DNA of 64,000 nucleotides from Penicillus capitatus (Eukaryota; Plantae; Chlorophyta): the NCBI GenBank assembly GCA_965649825.1, contig OZ287695.1, positions 846,981 through 910,980 of the forward strand, in the 5' to 3' direction. The notes under the pieces were generated by a model. That model saw only the letters and a program-made list of their open reading frames with translations. It was not told the origin of the DNA and searched no databases. Position numbers and translations under genes: made by a program. Below, piece by piece: positions 24,472-36,488 of this stretch; within the stretch, counting starts at the first letter, position 1, and every line of letters starts with the position of its first letter.

Positions 24472-26681
24472 ATGGAGATGAGCGTTGTCGTACAGGTCAA
24501 GAATTCTCCGAACTCTGACCTTCATGGCGCTGCGTTTTGCACAAAGCTCAAGAAACAGATACCACCGACACCACCACGACGTGTGTTTGACCTCGTCTCC
24601 CTTAGTCAACGAACAGTCGTTCAGCCAACGCATCGCATGGCGTTCGTCTTCTCGGACGGCACGATTTTCGCATAGCAGTCTCGCTGCGACACATCTCACG
24701 ACCCTTCCCAGAACTCGACCACGTGTCGTTGGTGCGTTCGTCGTTCACAAGAGTGAGAATTGCATAACCCTCGATCCCTTGAGCAGATCTCTCGTTGTTC
24801 AGTCGACCTGCCGTGTTCCACGTCCCGCCACGGCCGTCACTGCGCGTCTATCGACGCCGTCCTCGGGTCGATGCCTCGTCAACGGAGTCCAATTCGTTGC
24901 GATCCTGTCTCCAGCGTCCGTTCGACGATTTGCGACGAGAATGGAGGCAGTTGCTGCCGATGTGTTCCCTTTTCTTCTGCATGGCCTTTATCAACACGCT
25001 GATCAACAGTTTGGCGCTGTCGCTGGTGATGACCTGCGAAGGTGGCGGCGCCGTAGTGATCCCATTTCTCAATGTCTATGCCGTGCTGCCAGCCTCCGTC
25101 GTCTTCACGGTGTGCTACGCCTATGCCGCACATCATTTCTCAAGAGATCGGCTATTCAATTTTGTCATCGGCTCCTTTGCTGCGATGCTCTTGGGATTCG
25201 CCTTCTGCCTCTATCCCCATCACGACGCGCTTCATTTGCACCATCTTGCGGAATATCTCACGGCGGTAAGGTCACTCTTTTGGTGGAATGCGCACGAGGT
25301 CACACTTTTAGATACTGCCGAGTGGATTGGCGGGCGGCATTGGAATGATCCGAAACTGGACGTTTACTCTATTCTACTGCATTTCTGAGTTATGGGGCGA
25401 TGTCGGTTTGAGTCTGCTCTTCTGGGGATTCGCAAACGAGATCACACACGTGGACAGTGCACCGCTTCTCTATCCCCTCTTCGGCATCGGTGCAAATCTG
25501 GCGCAGATGTCGGGCGGCGTTCTCCTGCGGCTCTACTCATCACTAGAATTCGCCCAATCGTTCAAGGCACTGACCATCCAGATGCTCATCTGTATGGGCA
25601 TTGTCATCGTACTGCATCAATGGATCGCCTACGATGCACAGTCCAAGAACGCTGTCAATATCCCCGTGCCGCTGAACGGCACGCAGCCTGTTCATGGAGG
25701 CAATGGGGTATCACCTCAGAAGCTGGACAGCGGTCGCGTGATGCACGTTTCGTGGAGAGAGGTGAAAAGGACAGAGCAACGACCACCGAAGGGCAAGAAA
25801 TCTTTTAAGCAGTCTCTGAAGACGCTGTCAGAATCTCCTCAGATTCGATGTCTGGCTATCATGACGGTTGCGCAGAGCCTGTCGTTGGCACTTATGGAAT
25901 TTCTCTGGAAGTTTCATCTCCGATTGGCCTATCCCACGCCCGAAGCGTTTACGGGTTTCCTCGGAGATGTCTCTACGGCTTCGGGAGCGGTGACTGGGAT
26001 GGCGATGCTGGCATCGCCGCTGCTCTTTCGCAAGCTTCAGTGGAAAGAAGTGGCGAACATTACGCCCAATGTCCTCACCTGGGGTGGCATCGTTTTCTTT
26101 GGCGCCTGTCTCGCCTACCATCTCTCTGTGAAGCTGAATGCCGCTTCCGTGACGCAATGGATGATCGCACCGATTATTGTCGGCGGCGCCATTCTGTTCG
26201 TTCTCTCTCGAGGAGCGAAATTCTCCCTCTTCAAACCGGCTGAAGAGATGGTCTATATATCGCTGGATGAGGAATCTAGGACAAAAGGCAAAGCGGCGGT
26301 CGATGTCGTTGGCGCGCAGGTCGGAAAATCCGGCGGCAGTATTATGCAACAGGTCCCTGCTCGACACGCTGTCTCCCGCCTATCCTCTCCTCCTCATCCC
26401 TTTGCCTCTAGGTCCTTCTCATGATCAGTGGTGGACGGCTGCTGAGCATCACACCCATCATGATGGTGGCTTACTTCTGTATGCTCAATATGTGGAAGAA
26501 GTCCGTCTCCCTGATCGCCGCCCGGCAGCAACTCATCAAAATGACGACTTCTCAACAGAAGACAGAAAAGACGTCGTCGTCGCCGCCGCCGCCGCCATCC
26601 AACGGAACATCAGAGATCTCATCGTCCATCGTCGCAGATGACGAACCTGTCGATCATTTTAACATCATTTCTATTCCTTAG
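24472..26681 (+). CDS. TLC/NTT family nucleotide (ATP/ADP-type) transporter, divergent; 5' exon structure uncertain
   Basis: LLPMCSLFFCMAFIN, IRNWTFTLFYCISELWG, SLLFWGFANEIT, YPLFGIGAN, MEFLWK, FKPAEEMVYISLDEESRTKGKAAVDVVGAQVGKSGG. Confidence 0.9.
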
Positions 26682-26963
26682 CCCATAGGCAGCGCAGCAT
26701 ACGATTAGATAGAGTGCTGTACTGTGCAGCCAGCCAAGTCTCATGCTAAACGGACGAATTGACTGATTGACTGAGTGCATTCTTTTGGATTCTATTTCCT
26801 ATGGAGCGATTCCAGTTATCTGGACAGAGAGTACATCGCTCCTGCTTCTCAGGATCTCGAGAGGAGGAAGCAGCTGTTTACATCTTTTGCTGATCCGGGG
26901 TGGATTGATTGGAATCATCATTTGTAACGATTTCTTCCGCATTCCGTGCGTCCATCGTCCGCA

Positions 26964-29900
26964 ATGGGGAATCAGTTGGCAGCGCACAGCGCCACGCACA
27001 AACAGATCGATGAACTGCAGAACGCCTGTGTCGAGGCGCCTCTAGGTACACCGCCGCCATTTCGTTACAGATGGCGGCGATGGAGTGGACGCAGGTGGGG
27101 GTCGTCTGCTTCAGACGATGCTGTACAAACACGACGTCGGCAAGCTCGTGGTAAAGGTGTATAACAAACAGGGGGAGTCACTTGACCTCAAGCCCTACAA
27201 ACAGCAACTGAAGAACATACAGTACGGTCGAGCTCTCTTGCATCGTCCCTGTCTACTGCGGACATGTGTAGCGACCGATTGAAGTGTTTGACAAGGCCAC
27301 ACGTGTGGCCCTTTCAGGAGTTCGTAGAGACGGAGAACACAGGGTTCATGATACGCCCTTTCATCTTTCAGAACCTCTATGACCGGATGTGCTCGCGTCC
27401 TTTTCTCTCACACATTGAGAAAGTGTGACGTGCGGATTCAGTATTGGATGAATCGTCTGTTTGGTTGTAGTGCTGGATAACATACCAGTTACTCGAGGCG
27501 CTCGTTCAGTGTCACAGTCTCGGCGTCTGCCACGGCGACATCAAGAGCGAGAACGTGCTAGTCACATCATGGAACTGGGTCTTCCTGGCTGACTTTGCCA
27601 GCTACAAACCCACCTACCTCCCCGCCGACAATCCAGTACACCTACCTCACTCCACACACGGAACACTGACGACGAGATTGTGACGGCAGGCGGATTTCTC
27701 CTATTTCTTCGATCTGTCCGGAGAGAGGCGATGTTACGTGGCCCCTGAGAGATTCGTGGACGAGAGCGTGCTAAAGACCAAGTCGCGCGGTGAACTGACG
27801 CCTGCCATGGTGCGGTAAAGTACTAGACGGACGAGTCACATCGTACTGGCGTCTGTTGTCAGGACGTGTTCTCTTTGGGATGTGTGATTGCCGAGCTGTT
27901 CATGGACTACGCTCGCGGCATGTTTATCTTCTCGGAACTGCATCGTTACAAGAAAGGCCAGTTCGATCCAAAAGAGAAACTGACGAAGGTCAGAGCTTCC
28001 CACGAGCTTCCTTCTGTCCGTCTAGCCCTTCGTCTTTCTGTCTGTAGTTGGACCCTCACGTACAGGAGCTCGTTCTGCACATGATTCAACTGGATCCCGC
28101 TTCGCGACTGACATCGTCGGAGTACCTAACGCGTTTCACACCTTCCATCTTTCCCGTGTACTTCAACAAGACGCTGGCGCCTTTCTTTGGCTCGCTGCTG
28201 TTCGAGGACTCGGATACGAAACTGGCCCTCCTCAAGAGTCAGTTCAGTGTCCTGATGGAACAGATCAGGAACCCCTCGACCGACGAGAACTTCATTTTTG
28301 AATACGAATCGGACAACACTGGAATACAGAAGAAACTCAGTTCGGTCTTGAGCGCCCGAGATGTCGTCTACAATCCGGAGAACAACAGTGGCTGTCCGTA
28401 CGTATCGGCAGATTCTTGCGGCACGGAGCTGATGGACAGGATCGAGGAATTGGAGAAGCAGTTGGCGGCGACCATGAAACAGTTCTCCGAGATCGACGTC
28501 CACGCAACCACTCCGCAACGACAAGATGTCAAACCGCGGCGGATGTCGTCGCTGTCGGCGCGGGGACAAGCGACCGAAGACGATCCTGACCCGCAGTCTG
28601 CCAAATCTGCTCAGCGGCCAGTGGAGAGCGAAAGCCGCGCAGATGGAACGCTCCTCATTCTCGTCCTCCTCTGCTCCCTCGTGCGCGGGCCCAAAATCAT
28701 CGAGTCCAAAGTGAGTGAGAAAGAGTGATGATGTGACGTGCGAGCATAAATAATGGTGTGCGTGCAGCGAACGGCGATCACTTTGATGGCTGAGATCTCG
28801 GAGAGTATGTCAGCCGAGTGCTGCCTGAACCGTATGGTTCCTTACTTCTTGGCTATGCTCTCCGATTCGACGGCTTCCATCCGTGCTCTGGCATTGCACC
28901 TCCTTCTGAAGATGCTCTCCTCTATTCGCCGCTCATCCATTCAGAACTACGAACGGCGTTTGTACCAGGACTACATCCTCCCCTCTCTGTCCCTGCTGCC
29001 GAACGATCCCGAAGAATTGGTTCGAGTCGAGTATGCGGCTGGAGTGCCAGAACTCACCGCCTGCGCTTGCGACTACCTGCAGAAAGAGATCGCAGCGCAG
29101 ATGGGCAACGGCTCCGTGGCGCAGCAAAAGCACGAACGGGATCTGACGACGCTGAGAGAGCTGATTGTGAAAGTCATCCACGAGTTGATCTCTGGAGAGC
29201 GCAGCAGCTCAGCCACTCGATGCGCTCTTTCGGCCTCTGTCTCGAAGCTGGCGCAGTTCTATGGCAACAAGAAGACGCCAGACCTTCTGCTGTTGCTGAC
29301 AACCTTCATGAACGACGCCAACGACAAAGTGAAGGTCTTGTTCTTTGAGTGCATTCACGGCATCGACGCAAAATCCCTGGGAAAGTCGCTCAAGATCCTC
29401 CAGCCCTTCTTGGAGATTGTACACTTGGCTTCCCTTTTCGGCGAGATGACCGACGGTTGATACTTAGGGTCTCAAGAACAAGGATGACACCGTGCTGGCC
29501 GCAGCGCTATCCCTGACGACGCATGTCTGCGTAGCCGTCAATCGCAAGAAGGAGTTCGTGTTGGGTATGGCTCGAATGGTGGCTCCGTTGGTGACGCATC
29601 GATCGTCGGCCGTCCGAGCAAAGGTCATCGAATTCCTCGCCGCTGTCGCACAGGTCTTGACACCTGCTGACGCTTTCGCTCGGCTTCTTCCCCTGATGAA
29701 AGGAACACTCCCTCAAGGTAGGTGCTCTCGACACTCTCTTCCCTTAGCTCACCGTTGTCTGCTCTGTACAAAGATCCAGGTGTCCTGGATTCGGAAGAGA
29801 TCATTGCAGATACTTTGCGTACAGAGGATTCTTCGCTGAGATCTTCTGCGGCATCTCGTGGCGCCACCTGCGAGAACTTCGTTCCTCCCAGAACAGTGCT

Positions 29901-31735
29901 GCTGACACAGCACGAAGCAGAGAACGAGCGTCTCTTTCCCAAGACAGCCTCCTATTCGACGCACGTCAACTTGCGTCTGATTCAGAGCGGCTTCTCCAGA
30001 CATCGCGCCAGCTTGGAAGTCGTCTCGATGAGTAACGCCTCCACAAAGCAGCTCAATTCCAGAAAAGAACGGTCAGCGCAGGCCTGCCGCTGCGATTCCT
30101 GTTCTGAGGCCCGTGCGTTTAGAGACATTCGAAGTCGATCGGCCTTGATGACACACGAACTCTCGCGCAACTCAGTGAAGCACGGAAACCTGGATGACAG
30201 CGCGTCTCGTTCCTTTGCCCAGAGCCACTCGCACCCTCAGTACCGAGCCGCCGTGCACGATGCAATAGGTTCAGGGATGGATGCCCGTTCCGTTTCGCGT
30301 ATGATGGATGCCTGGAAGCCAGAAGGCATTCTGTTGGCGCACTATGTGGAGCACAGACGCCGCGTGAATCAGATCGCGATCAGCAGAGACCACTCGAATC
30401 CTTTCTTCGTGACGGCCTCCAACGATGGCACTGTCAAGGTTTGGGATCTCAAGCACATCGAAGACGATCTTAGTTTCCGCAGTTGCGCGACCTACGCTGC
30501 GCAGAAAGGAGAGATCCTCTCCGTCACTGCCTGCGAGGATCGACACAGCATCGCCTCGGCATCGAGTCAGGGGACGATTCATGTCTGGCGCGTCAACTAT
30601 GCCCCTCAGTCGAGCAACGGCTCAACCGTCGATCAGTTTACCGGGATCTCTGCGCATCAGGAGGTCTCGCCAGACGAGGGGGCTATCTTACGTGTCCAGC
30701 AGTGGGATGCTCTCCTACTGTACACCACACAGAGAGGCGTCATTCATGCGTGGGATACACGTATGAAGAACGATGCCTGGACGATCTGCGTCGATCCGAA
30801 AGAGGGACTGATTCGCCACGTGGTGACGGATCCATTGAACGGCGGCACGTGGATCGTGACGGGATCGAGTCAAGGGGTGCTGGACCTCTGGGACGTGCGT
30901 TTCAAACTGAGGGTGGCGCGATGGAGACATCCGACCAGGAATCCGATCGTGGCTGTGTCGCCGATGTGCGGATCACAGGATCAACTGCGCAGCATGAACA
31001 TCAAGAATCAAGGTCCGTTCGTCTACGTGGCGGCGGGAGGCAACGAAGTCGGCTTATGGGATATACAAGAACAGTCTTGCAAACAGGTAGACGACTGCCG
31101 AGAGTGTTTCGTAACCGTCAAGGGATGTGCGATGATCAGGTGTTTCGTGCCATCTCCCGTGAAGAGACAGAGGTCAAGAAGATGGAGCTGCCGGCCGCTC
31201 TCGGTTTGCTTCCCGAGTCGCGACGGGGCGAAGGAGCGTCAGGGGCACCGACCGATTTCGATGACTGCATCCATCAGCTGAACCGATCGACAAGTGTGCC
31301 AGAAGGCATCCGTGCCGTTTTGCCCATCGGCGAGGGATGTATTGTCACGGGAGGCTGCGATCAGTACATTCGTGTCTGGGACGGAGTGGAACCCAAGCAC
31401 AGCTTCCCTATGTGCGGCCCAACGCCCCAGAACCCATACTCAGCGTCGCAGGCAAGACCATCTCTTGTGCAGTGTATCGCGGACGAAGGGGAGGATGTGT
31501 GTAGGGAGCAGTGGGCTCGTATGATTTTCAGTACAGTCGGCATTTTGAACGAGGCGTGCCCGTCATCGACGAATGCTGTCTGCCATCACACTTTCAACGA
31601 CCGACGCAGAGCTCTCTGAATTCGAGTCAGAATTCCAGTCATGTTGACTGTATTACAGATTTGGGTATGGCACATGTTCATGAAAAAATGCTTATCAGCA
31701 GCAGTCGCGATGGAATGGTAAAGATCTGGAAATAG
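26964..31735 (+). CDS. VPS15: Vps15/PIK3R4 (pseudokinase, HEAT repeats, WD40), about 11 introns including GC-AG at 31452-31504
   Basis: MGNQLA myristoylation start, [35 protein letters not shown]|[66 protein letters not shown]. Confidence 0.95.
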
Positions 31736-32206
31736 ATGTCGTTCATGTACACCCTGACCTTAGTCATGTCTTTTAAGAAAGTTGACGACAACGGCAGGCA
31801 ATCGCTCCTTTCTGCAAAGACGGTTAGATTTTTGGCGGCTGTGTGTGAAAATCGCCGCCTTATTCAGAAAGGTGAGATCTCTATACACCAAAGACGATTA
31901 TATCTTAGCCGGCGGCGAAAGAATCCAGCCGCTGTCGGCATCACGCTCCAAACTCTGCCGAGATCTCCTCGTCTATCTCACATCCTGCAACGCGCGAGCG
32001 CTGTTCGGAGGCTCGATGCATGCGTGCGCAATGCGTCGACAGTCAATCAGCCGAGTCAACGCAGAATCGGAGCTTCTGGAAGACGCTTCGATGCCTTTTC
32101 TGGCATTGACCACGTTCGACGGTGCCCTATTTGTTCTGTGGCGCGCTTTTTGAATTCTGACCTCTTCGCTTTCTGACCTCAGCGACGAACTGCGTTCTCT
32201 GCAACG

Positions 32207-32413
32207 ATGGCGACATCTGTGCGTTTCTTTGTTCTTTTCGTCTTCCTTTCGCTCTCCTTCGCCAGTGCGCGGCGCGAACTTATGTGGAAAGCCTCCAGCC
32301 AAATCTCTTATGCACCTTCGCCGAAAGGGGCTCCTTCACTGACCTCGTCGTCTATCAGAGCATGTCAACTAATGGTGACGTCGGCGACGCTCATCTCTGC
32401 AGCTCTGCTATGA
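32207..32413 (+). CDS. Small secreted peptide resembling an arabinogalactan (AG) peptide with a possible GPI signal
   Basis: 68-aa ATG ORF: signal peptide MATSVRFFVLFVFLSLSFASA, a short mature part with APSP/GAPS, and a hydrophobic C-terminus MVTSATLISAALL*. Confidence 0.5.
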   Translation: MATSVRFFVLFVFLSLSFASARRELMWKASSQISYAPSPKGAPSLTSSSIRACQLMVTSATLISAALL

Positions 32414-34320
32414 GCGCTAATCGAACGTCTTCTGTGCGTTTTAGACGTGGATTTGCAAGACGGATGAGGACTGTTGCCCTGGACTGACGTGTGGGCAACT
32501 TTACCCCGGAAGAGAAAAACAATGCTTCAGCTTCCGACATACGTCGGCTAGGGAGAGCAGCAGTCAGCTTGTTATCTAAACAACATCTATGTGTCCTGCA
32601 AAAGTCAGCGTTCGCTTGAATCGAACCGGCGCCGTCGTCGTCGTCCACGCGCCAACTTGACCGTCGCAAAGTCTGCGTTATTCGGTGTTCTGCTCCTTCG
32701 GGAGCGTCCTAAAGATTCTCTCCGTCGCTACGACGACCGTCGACGTGGGATACACGCAATATTGGTCGCGCAGTGTGCCATAAAGAACGCGCGAACAGAG
32801 TCGGCGCAGATTGCAGCTGCTCTGCTACGATGCCAAGAAACAGCAGTGCTTCTCATTCGGCAGCAGTGACGTAGCGTCCAAACCATTTCCTCAATCGATT
32901 TGACAGATTTCGGCACAATATGCATCGCGTCACCGACGCAAATCCGGCCCGTCGAAGGTAAGCGAAAGGTCGACGGACAAAGAGGCCGTCCTTTGCATCG
33001 GATGAACTGTTTCGCGTTACAGTCTGACGTCATGTCCGTCCGAGCGGCTTCTCGGTGAACGACATGTACTGCAAAGCAGTAGACAGCTAGCTGGCTTTTA
33101 GGCGAGCGCCTCGTTTTTGTTTTGTTTATCGATGGCGTCAAATTCAATAGACACGCAACACGTCCGTAGGACTGCACCACTGGACATTATGAACAGACGA
33201 CGCCCCAACAACTCCGAGCGAGACGAGCAGACGGACGCGAATCTGTGAGACAGACAGCTCTTTATCTCTGTTTCCTTTCACTTGAGCTCATCCTAGATGC
33301 CAGTCAAACGACTCTGGTGAAAACAAGAGGCTGGCTGTCCTACAGCACGAGTTGACTCAGTCAGCAACGCATCCTTACCCTACTCTTGGCGAATGTCGCC
33401 GTGCCGTGTAGATTGGCGTCAGCGGTCAATGCACAGAAACAAGATATCGGAAGTCTAGGAGACGACGCTGAGAGAAGAGCGCGTATGTGTCAGGCTGAGG
33501 CTGTTGCTATGGACTCCCTGATGAAATTGGTCGACCGTATCGAAGAAGCCATGAGGGAGATTTTGCCAGAAGATATCCTCGACGACATTCGTGAAGACAT
33601 CATATAGTGCCTTTCGTGTATGTACCTGAATGATGGCTGAACCACAAGTCTGTGATAAACGATGATAAACACACAACGAATGCCATGCATCTCAAATGAA
33701 GTGTGAGCGTTTGGGACAAATAGACGGCTGTCGAATGTAATGTAACAAATCAATCATAGAAGAAGCAATTTCCCTTTGCTGACAACGAGGCTCGAGGAAT
33801 CGAACGAGGGGCGTCTGAGAAATGACAGGCGGATGGATCACGGCCAAGCAACCTATCGTCTTGTCGCACAGGAGAAGATTCATCTCATTACTCTACCTGT
33901 TTCCTTGGTCCTGCAGTGAGAAGTGTGACTCGGATTTGATATCGTAGCGAACGAACGGCGCACAATCACACATCATCGCCACAGATACCAGACACTTAAG
34001 CATTAATTACTCGTCTCTGCAGTTGTAACAGTAAATGAGATCGTAAGGTGTTTTGCCAGATCGACTTAACAATAATCTGAAGACTGTGTGTCCGTCTGGA
34101 CACACCATCACATGGGTGCAAATTAAGAGAAAACAGACATCCAAGTAAATGGGATGGAAAACCTGCGTGACCTAGAAGATCGGACAGCTCTGTGATAGAT
34201 GCACGATGAATCGAAGCAGAACATAACGAAAATGTGATGGCGTTATCTTCTGTGTTGAAATGAATGTGGAATGAAGTGCGGTGTTTCGTGTTTGTTCGAT
34301 CAGAGATCGGTCTGTTCTGC

Positions 34321-36488
34321 TCAGCAGCACATGAGCTCTTCGTTTGTTCTTTTTTTGCCCAGGCTGCACATGACGTCTTTCGCGGAGAGTTTCTTGACGT
34401 CCTTGATGGGTCTCGTTTCGTCGATCGCTTCGATTTCGTCCACGCACTTGTTCAGTGGCGGGACCTTGAGGTAGCCTTTCTTATCTTCATCGGCCACACC
34501 AGCAAGACACGGAGCATCTGTGTCGAATCTGCAGATGTAAGTGGCGACACCACTGCACGGGACGGCTCTCAAGTTGGCGATAGCGCCTCTCGTATCGATC
34601 GTGACGCACCTTTCTGTCCCGTCTCTGAAAAAGGGCTCCTGGATCCCCCAGAACTCGGAATCTTCCTTCAGATCGGGCAACGAATCGTCGAGCCAGGCGA
34701 AGTTCGCCGTCGGCGTTTTCTCGGCACCGACCCAGGATCCGTCGATGGAGGCCAGATTTGCCAGAAAGGCGAGCTCGTCTTTGTCTTCGATGCTCACGAG
34801 CTCCCCGTCCATGTCCGCGCAGATGGAGACGGCCTCAGTCTGCTTCACCTCCTCGACCGATCTTAAGTAGTACCTATCTCTGAATGCGTAACACTTGACG
34901 TATCTCTCCTCTGTGTCAGCGTCCACAGGTGCGTCCAGAGCAACGGGATACGGATCTGCGCAGAGGGCTCTCTCGTCATGGGCATTTCTGTAAACCTGCA
35001 ATTCGCAGGGCGTCGTGTCCGCGAGATGGCAGCCCTTCGTGCGACGGATGATCGCACTGATGACCTGATCACTGGTCACTCCATCGAAATCCAGTTCTCG
35101 CAGAATAATGTCGTGTCCCATGACGCCCAGAAACACATCAGGCACATCTCTCGTTCCACGGGCGTAGAATGGCATGGCCACTGTGGTGACGAGTCCTAAT
35201 CCAGCTGCATCTTCGTAGGGCTCGATCCAGAATGGTGATTCTGTCCGACGCTTCGATGCCTCGTACAGGTAGTACGAGTTCAAGGCGTCCAGTGTGTTCG
35301 TGTGTACATCGATGAACGCCCAGGCCCCATCGTTGGCGCAGGCAATCTGTCTCGGAATGCCATCGTCTGCGTGATCCGACAGCGAGTAGGTGAAGATGGT
35401 TGCACGCTTTCCCGTCTTCTTCTTGAGCTTTTCCTGCAGGCGTTCGATGTTGGAGGCCATCTCGGATGGCTTGATGCTCTTCCAATCTTCGGCTGACGTG
35501 TCTCTGCCATCCGTCAGAAACAGTATGATCTTCTCACAGTTGGAGCACGGCGCAGGCTCGTCGTCGCAGCCTTCCCACAGCAAAGGGAAGGCTGCCTCGA
35601 ATGCCGCTGTGAAATTGGTATGTCCCACAGGGACCTCGTTTAGAAGAGCCTCCTTCAGTATCTCCCGATTTTCTTCGTCCCCTTTGATGAGACCGGTTTC
35701 ATTTATGACGGACTCGGCCAAGTCTGAAAAGGTCACCAGAGATATGAAGTCAGCAGAGGTGAATGTGTCGACCATTTCGGAGACAGCCCGGGAAACTAAA
35801 TCCCACTTAGTTTTCATTTGCGAGAAATCTATGAAGTCCAACATAGACCCAGACTTGTCCACCACCAGAACAAGATCCTTCGGTCCAGTACTGGCTCCGA
35901 CATACCATGGGCGGATGCGAGGGTCGAACAGTCTGCATGAATTCCACAGCTCGTCCCCGTTCTCCACATAGCGTGGATCCGCGGTACCTGGATATCGTCG
36001 AATGTGACCATCTCGCGTTCCTGTAAAAATCCATTATCGCCAAAACATGAGGAATCGCACTTACCAATATATATCCACCCAATTTCGTCGCGACCGTATT
36101 CTTTGACAGCGTCTTCGAGGTTCTTGTAGACGCAGATGCTCTCCTTGAGGCTGTCGGTCAGCGTCTTCGGATTCGTGCCCGGAGGCGTGTGGAAAACGGA
36201 ATTATCGTAGTCCACCCGTCGACCGTCGGTTTCGCATATCTCCAGTTCTCCGAGGTGGTGGACGCACTCGGCATCCAAGTAGTTATTAGAACAGGCGTGT
36301 TTGGAACATTTACAGTCGCGGACCAAGAGCGTTCTATTCGAGTGCCACAGTGCCGCGTTCTTGGCGATGTCTATCACAACCTCCTCCTGTCTGTCCAAGA
36401 ACCGTCTGACATCGGCGTTGGAGTCGATTGCCTGTGTAGAGGTTTCGCAAACGAAAATGAAGAGCAGCAAAGCCAAAAGAGCAGTCAT
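34321..36488 (-). CDS. Secreted alpha2delta-like VWA_N-VWA-Cache protein with a C-type lectin-like domain; one intron near 36020-36062
   Basis: Signal peptide; FDPRIRPWYVGASTGPKDLVLVVDKSGSM (VWA MIDAS); ILFLTDG; QIACANDG; FWIEPYEDAAGLGLVTTVAMP (Cache); CYAF...A..IC...GELVSIEDKDELAFL...SWVG...W...EP...RCV...VPCSGVATYIC (CTLD). Confidence 0.87.

Noticed and set aside
32500-33900. ORFs 32728-33180 (-) and 33386-33607 (+)
   Set aside because: No recognisable motif, non-ATG or ambiguous starts, and I could not build a consistent exon chain.
34321-34335. C-terminal CC prenylation motif on the VWA protein
   Set aside because: The protein has a signal peptide, so cytosolic geranylgeranylation is implausible. 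The true C-terminus may also involve an unseen exon.
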